40,392 bases of DNA, from contig JAPEUG010000126.1 of assembly GCA_026025795.1 (NCBI GenBank), forward strand, positions 1 to 40,392, in the 5' to 3' direction. Shown here in pieces: positions 34,700 to 40,392 of the stretch. Positions within the stretch are counted from its first letter, which is position 1, and each line of letters opens with the position of its first letter. Below the pieces are notes generated by a model, which was not told where the DNA came from, ran no database searches, and saw only the letters and a program-made list of their open reading frames with translations. Made by a program: the position numbers and the translations under genes. The DNA comes from Thelocarpon superellum (lineage: Eukaryota).

Positions 34700-34719
34700 C
34701 ACTGTTAGTAGATAGTAGT

Positions 34720-37700
34720 CAATTGAAGTTGTATCTTGTTGTAGCATGTTTGTTCCTTGCTGTACATTCCTTGCTGACTAGTCCTCTGCTGTAGTTCTCC
34801 TATTTGTGATCTATACCCCTGTCTTCCTCCTCTGGTGGAATTGTGTTGAATTTGTTGTTATTGGCTGCTATCAGTGCATCCTCTAATTGCTTGCTTCTGT
34901 ACAACTAGGTTGCCCATGCTAGTCAACCCCTAGCATGCAGCATCTTCTAACCCCTGGTGATACAACCTTCAACCCTTGCTTTTCAGAGTTGGTCACTGTT
35001 AATGAGGGTTGCTAGCTATACCCCCTTGGGATCTTCTAGCTCATATATGTTGAATGGGTGTACTTGTCTGATCCTGTAGGGTCCCCACCACTTGGTGTCC
35101 CACTTCTGTGCTATAGCTCTACAGATCAGCACTGGATCTCCCTTTTCAAATGTAATTCCTTTTCTGCTGTTGTCCTACATCTTCTTATTCTTCTCCAATT
35201 GCTCTCTAGTCAACCTCTCTGCTTCTGTACAAAGTGTTTCCAATAGAGGCACAGGGTCCTCTCACTCATTCTCTGTCAGGGGTGTTGGGCCTGCCTGATC
35301 ACCTAGGAGGTGAGGCTCCACACTATAGAGCAGCTTGAAAGGTGACATTGTCATTGTCTTGTGTGTATGTATGTGTGCAGCAAACAGGGCCTGCTTCACA
35401 TAGAGGTCCCAGTTGTGTTGTGGCTGATAGGTGATGTACTTGGACAGCATGCTGCCTAGTATCCTGTTCAGTTGTTCCACTAGTCCATTTGTATGTGGGT
35501 GATATGGTGTAGTTCCTTGATGCTTTGTCTTCATCTGTTGCAGGAATAGAGCTATTGCTGGTGCCTATAGGTTTGGTCCTTGGTCTGTCAGGATCTCTTG
35601 GGGTGCACTATACAGCAGATAGATCTCATTGTAGATGAAGTCTGCTAGTGTCTCTGCATCTGCTTGTGGAACTGCCTTTGCCACTGGCCACCTGGTGGTG
35701 TAGTCGATTGTGGTGATGATCCAGGTGTTTCCCTTGTCTGTATGGGGAAGCTTGCCTATCAGGTCTAGACCCTAGCACTGAAATAGCCTTAGTGCTGTGG
35801 AACCCTACAAGATAGAGGGGTGCAGCTTGTCTGGTTGATCTTGTGGCTTTGCTGCTAGCTGGCACTCTTTGCAGTAGGATGTATAGTGTTGTATGTCTCT
35901 TCTCCATGTGGGCCACCATCCCCTAGTCCTCAGGAGGCTCTCCAACAGGAGTCTCCTGATGTGCCTGTAGTCATGATGCAGGTGATCCAATAGACTTGTC
36001 TGCTCCTATAGCTTGACATATGGAATCCAGGGCTCCTCTAGGTTGTTCTAGTGTTCCATATGTCTGTCCTCATCCAATCGAAGCTTGTCCTTGTGCTTCT
36101 TGAGCTCTTTGTTGATTGTCTTGTCTGGTGACTTTGTGCCTGTCTTGAGGAACTCTGGCATGTAGTCTACCCATTCCATTGTGTTGATTGCAGCTGTATA
36201 CTGGTAATCACTTCTTCTTGATAGTGTGTCTGTCACTATCATCTCACTTCTAGGCTTGTGTATGATATCAAGGTTGTACTCCTAGAACTCTGAAAGCCAT
36301 CTTGCTAGTTGATCTGAGGGGTTCTTTGTTATCTTCAGGTATTGCAGGCTCCTGTGGTCTGTCTGTATGATTGTCTTGTGTCTATTCTGGATGTAGACTC
36401 TCCATTTCCTCAACACCATCTTGATAGCTAGAAGCTTGTGCTCATGAGTTGTGTAGTTCTGTTCTGTGCTGGTAAATGCTTTGCTGTCAAACACTACTGG
36501 TCATTTGGTTTGTACATCTGTGTTCTGCAGCAGAACAGCACCCTAGGCATAGTCTGAGGCATCTGTCTTGATGATGAATAGCTTGTTGTAGTCTGGTTGA
36601 GCTAGGACAATGTCACTAGCTATCTTGCTCTTGAGCTTGTCAAATGCTGCTTTGCATGATGCAGTCCAATGTATGGGTTGATGCTGTATGTTCTGAGCCC
36701 CATGGATCAAGGCATAGAGTAGAGCTGCAAGGATAGCAAAGTCCTTGATAAATCATCAATAATAGAAGCAGAGTCCTAGGAACATGTGTGCTTTGTGTGT
36801 TGTCCTAAGGGGTGGCCATTCCTTGATTGTACAGAGCTTATCGTCCTCCATACACACCTCCCCCCCTCCTAGAATGTGCCTAATGAACTCAATTGATTTG
36901 ACAAGGAATGTGCACTTTGATAGCTTGGCCCATAGGCCATGTAGCTGGAGCTGTTCAAAGACCAATTGTATGTGTGTCAGGTGTGATGTATGATTGTCAC
37001 TGTATATGAGGATATTGTCAATGTAGATGATGACAAACTTGTCAATCATGTCTCTGAACAGGTTGTTCATCATCTCCTAGAAGGATCCAGGTGTGTTGGT
37101 GAGACCAAATGGCATCATGCACCACTTGTACTTTCCTGTATGTGTTGTGAAAGCTGTCTTATATCAATCCACCTCTACAATGTTGACTTGCCAGTATCCT
37201 GCCAATAGGTCTATCTTGCTGAAGATCCTAGCCTTTCCCACAAAATCAAGGCAGTCCTGTGTCTAAGGAAGTGGATAACTGTTCTGTACAGTGACTGTGT
37301 TGATAGCTTGATAGTTGATACACATCCTCTATTCCTTGTTCTTCTTTTTGACAAATAGAATAGGTGCTCCCCATAGTGATGAGCTTGGGTGTATAAGCTC
37401 ATGTTCCAGTAGATACTGGATCTGTTGATTCTGCTCATCCAGTTGCTCCTTGGATAAGGGGTATGGATTCTTGCAGATAGGGGTAGCTGTCCCTGTATCT
37501 ATTCAGTGATTGATGTCTGAGGGTGGCAGTGCTCCCTTAGGAAGCTCTGTATGAAACTGTTACAGGAGAGGGCCTAGCTTATAGTCAAGTTCAGGGTCTC
37601 CTGTCAAATGGTCTGTTTGGTGCTTCCATTGAGCACTTCTGTCCTCCTTGTTGTTGTGTTGCAGCTGTATGAAGTGTAGGCTGAACACTGTCTCACTGTC

Positions 37701-38330
37701 CAGCCAGTGCTACAGCTCCCTATAGCTAGCCAGGTTGAGGTGCCACAGCTTTGGATTGTCGATTGTCCTGTGTTGTTCTTCCAATCTGTGTAGCATGTGG
37801 GTTGCTCCATCCTTTTGTACAATGACACCACTGTTATCATAGTCCTAGATTGCTTGATATTGATGATGGAAGTCCTGTCCTAGGATGGCATCTGCTTCTG
37901 TATCCACTACAATGAAATCTGTGTCATCCTCGAATGCTCTATAGGTCCATTGGCAGTGTACAAATCCCTTGATATCAAGTGTCTGCATGTTCTTGTTTCC
38001 TCCAAGATCCATGTGTCCTTCTGCAGGTGTCACTGCTAATTCCAACTTGTTCACTAGTCTCCAGGATATGAAGTGATGTGTAGCTCCACTATCCACTAGG
38101 AATTGTATAGTCCTCCTGTACATCCTTCTGTCAATCCAGACACTTGAGGATTCTAGTGATATCACTCTCAATCTTGCTGATATATAGTCTATTCCTCTAG
38201 GCTATACAAGTGTCCTTGTAGCCCTATAGGGTTCCTACACCCCTATCACGCTATTCACAGCTAGTGTCTTCAGCTCAATAGATGGTGTATGTTCTGGCCT
38301 GTATGATTCTGTTAAGTTGTACAGGCCTGT
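34720..38330 (-). pseudogene. pol (protease, reverse transcriptase, RNase H, integrase); one frame with many transition-derived stops; ends approximate
   Basis: FLVDSGATHHFIS (PR), MPFGLTNTP and IYIDNILIYS (RT, YIDD mutated to YIDN), TDASDYA*GAVL and TDHRSLQYL (RH), H...H...CKEC, GLDLIG, ILTDQG, PYHPHTNGLVE and WWGPYRI (INT). All fragments share one frame. Confidence 0.93.
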
Positions 38331-39349
38331 CTTTTCCCTAGGCAGTCTCTTAAGATATGCCCTGTCTTTTGGCATGTCCAGCACATCACTGGACATAGTG
38401 TTCCACCTGTTCCACCACATCTGTAACCCCTTTCTTGTGTTCTATGACATTTGTACAGTTGTGACTGCATGGTGTTGATAGCTGTTGGTTGTGGTAGATA
38501 GCTGACTAGTTGAGGAACCCTCTAGAAGTGGGGTCTATTCTTCTCCTCTACATGTTCAGCCTTGATCATGGCCTCTCTCAGGTTCTGTGGCCTTGCTCCC
38601 TTGATGTCAAATTTGGTGTTTCTTGGGAGTGTCTGAGTGTATGCTGTCATTGCTGCATCTTTGTTGACCTTCTTGCTACAACTGAGCCACATGTTGTAGA
38701 AGTTGTTGTTGAAGTCTGAGATTGATCCATTCTAGAATTGCATGGAATGGAGCTTGTCATATGCTTTCTCCTCACTGTTGTGATCACAGAACTTCTCAAG
38801 AGCCAGCCTCTTGAAATCCTGCCACATATCACCTAGTCCCTTGACTTGTTGAATCACCTGCTGGGTATACCAGCTATGTGCTGGGCCCTTCAGGTATGAC
38901 AAGGCAAAGCTTGTACACTTCTCAACTAGGATCTCTGTCATGTGTAGGTAGACATCCATAGTCTCAAGCCATTCCCAAATTGTTGCACTATTGTTCATCT
39001 TGCTATCAAACTTCTCTAGAGCTGCCATTTGTGCCAGTGGTGGTTGATATGTTGATCGAACTGGGGTAATCGCTACTGTATGCTGCAATTCTGCACTTGC
39101 TGTGTCCAATGACACATCACAATCCTCTGCTAGGCTCTGTGCTAGGGAGTCTTGCTAGAGGTCATTTGGTGGGCCTAGAGGCTGTCAGTGATCAATCGAG
39201 GTGTCCAGGTCCATTGTACACTTGCTGGGTTCACCAGCCATAGTCCCTGGGGGCCCTTGCAGGACAGGGTCTAGGATATCAACTGTGCTCTGTTGCCTAG
39301 AGCTGCTTCTTGTTATATGAGGTTGCGACTTGGTTGTACAGTTGCTCAT
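38312..39349 (-). pseudogene. gag with retrotransposon capsid region and CCHC zinc knuckle (about 345 codons)
   Basis: ACC-ATG at 39349; WEWLETMDVYL...FALSYLKGPAHSWY capsid signature; CWTCQKTGHILRDC knuckle near 38342-38383 in the same frame; TAA at 38312-38314. Confidence 0.85.
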
Positions 39350-39410
39350 GGTCAGGAGCTCTGATCCTAGGCTCCTAGAGGACTTGATCTTTGATATAAC
39401 CTATCATGTT

Positions 39411-39417
39411 GCTACCA
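39411..39417 (-). other. Primer-binding site TGGTAGC (complementary to a tRNA 3' end GCUACCA, initiator-Met-like)
   Basis: Begins 2 nt inside the 5' LTR boundary on the minus strand. Confidence 0.7.
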
Positions 39418-39419
39418 GA

Positions 39420-39509
39420 TGTAGGAATCAGAGCTGAATTGCTAATCTACGCGTAGCCGGGATTGTAATAGGGGTGGGCACGTGACTTGGTCACGTGCGC
39501 GCTCCTACA
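39420..39509 (-). repeat. 5' LTR (90 bp, retains 7 CpGs)
   Basis: Direct repeat of 33302-33391; adjacent to the PBS and gag. Confidence 0.97.
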
Positions 39510-39585
39510 CAAGTGGCTTTCAATTATATTTAACTCGTCCCAAGCTTCGACGCGGTTTGGCCGTCTTTGTTCTGCTCTTCCCCTT

Positions 39586-40392
39586 TCATAGCATATAAGA
39601 GATGCCGGAGTGGATGTCCTCCAACTCAGTGAGAAGCTCGTCAGAGACGCGTCTTTGCGTGCTGGCATCTTCCCGACTGCGAACGAACTTAGATGGCCTG
39701 GTCGTAACGGGACCATGGTCAGTTTGGGGGGAGTCTGACGCTCGCAGATCACACATACTTCGCAACTTGGCGATTACTCAGGTATGGACTATATGTCACG
39801 GCCGAGGATGTGACCGCATGAACATGCTTCCGGCTTCCTACCTCATTCGTCCGTGCTATGACGGCTTGAAGTGGCCATATCTGGGGGCGGGTCCACGTGG
39901 GCGCCTCTCGTCCTAGGTGGGACACGCAGAAGCCTGGATCGCTGCAGTTGATGATGACAACCTGGCCGTCTTGAACGGTTCCTCGAGCACGAGCGGTCAG
40001 CTCACGAGTAAGGAGCACGCCGAGTAATTTGGAGACGCCGTACCGCCTTGTCATCCCCACCGCTGACCGATCCTTGTTCAATGTAGCGAGCATGAGAGGC
40101 ATGTCTCGCTCGGGGAGGCTAGCTAGGGCATGAACGTCCGAGACGATAATGGCCGAACGGGGTCGAATGTTGTAGGCGGTTGACATGCTTCGGAGCAGCG
40201 GTGGCAGCAAGAGGCCGAGCAAAATGTGCTGATGACATTGACCGTGGTGGTCGACTCATTCCCCGCCACGGCGCTGGAGGATCGGGTAGCTATGGCGGCG
40301 TTCTCGATGACGCAGTCCAAGCGCCGCGATTCATTGGTTCCCCGTTGCGCGAAAGCCTGCACTGGAGGATAGCTGGTCTGGTCGAGATTCCA
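39586..40392 (-). pseudogene. Short-chain dehydrogenase/reductase (retinol dehydrogenase-like), 5' part outside the window, frameshifted near 40222; last intron 39698-39758
   Basis: WNLDQTSYPPVQAFA...RLDCVIENAAI...TVNVISTF / LLGLLL...RYGVSKLL (YxxxK)...DPGFC...ARTNEVGSR; last exon PSKFVRS...QRRVSDELL..LEDIHSGI. One T missing in ACATTTTGC, plus several atypical substitutions at normally conserved sites. Confidence 0.8.

Larger units (their letters stand above)
33302..39509 (-). mobile_element. Full-length Ty3/Gypsy LTR retrotransposon, inactivated by C-to-T hypermutation
   Basis: Two 90-bp direct repeats with TGTAGGA...TCCTACA ends; 4-bp target-site duplication CAAG (33298-33301, 39510-39513); PBS and PPT present; gag then PR-RT-RH-INT order; abrupt CpG depletion. 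Confidence 0.97.

Noticed and set aside
38330..38340. GGGAAAA as the gag-pol slippery site
   Set aside because: Phased GGG AAA A in the gag frame rather than G GGA AAA; cannot be called without an unmutated consensus.

Overview
GC-rich genomic DNA from a filamentous ascomycete (Pezizomycotina-type: 45-120 nt GT-AG introns with CTRAY branch points). From left to right it holds a secreted GMC oxidoreductase, a 7-exon PTH11-like membrane protein, a housekeeping block (TVP38, SNX4/ATG24, a giant PhoD-like phosphatase-domain protein, KEX2, TRR1), a secreted Cys-rich protein, a stand-alone SET protein, a decayed ART-like gene, a small 3-exon hypothetical protein and ADK2. These are followed by a full-length but hypermutated 6.2 kb Ty3/Gypsy LTR retrotransposon (33302-39509, minus strand) and a frameshifted SDR that runs off the window end. 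The most interesting observation is that the retrotransposon carries, between integrase and its 3' LTR, an antisense two-intron gene encoding a DUF3716-like Cys-rich domain; it is mostly invisible in the ORF track because C-to-T mutation has filled it with stops. The element also has 90-bp LTRs, one retaining all 7 CpGs and the other with all 7 mutated. Two host genes show hidden isoform signals: a GTG-initiated mitochondrial-presequence-like extension of TRR1, and a 354-nt in-frame stop-free intron in the PhoD-like gene. All gene models were spliced and translated by hand, and family assignments come from motif recognition, not database searches.
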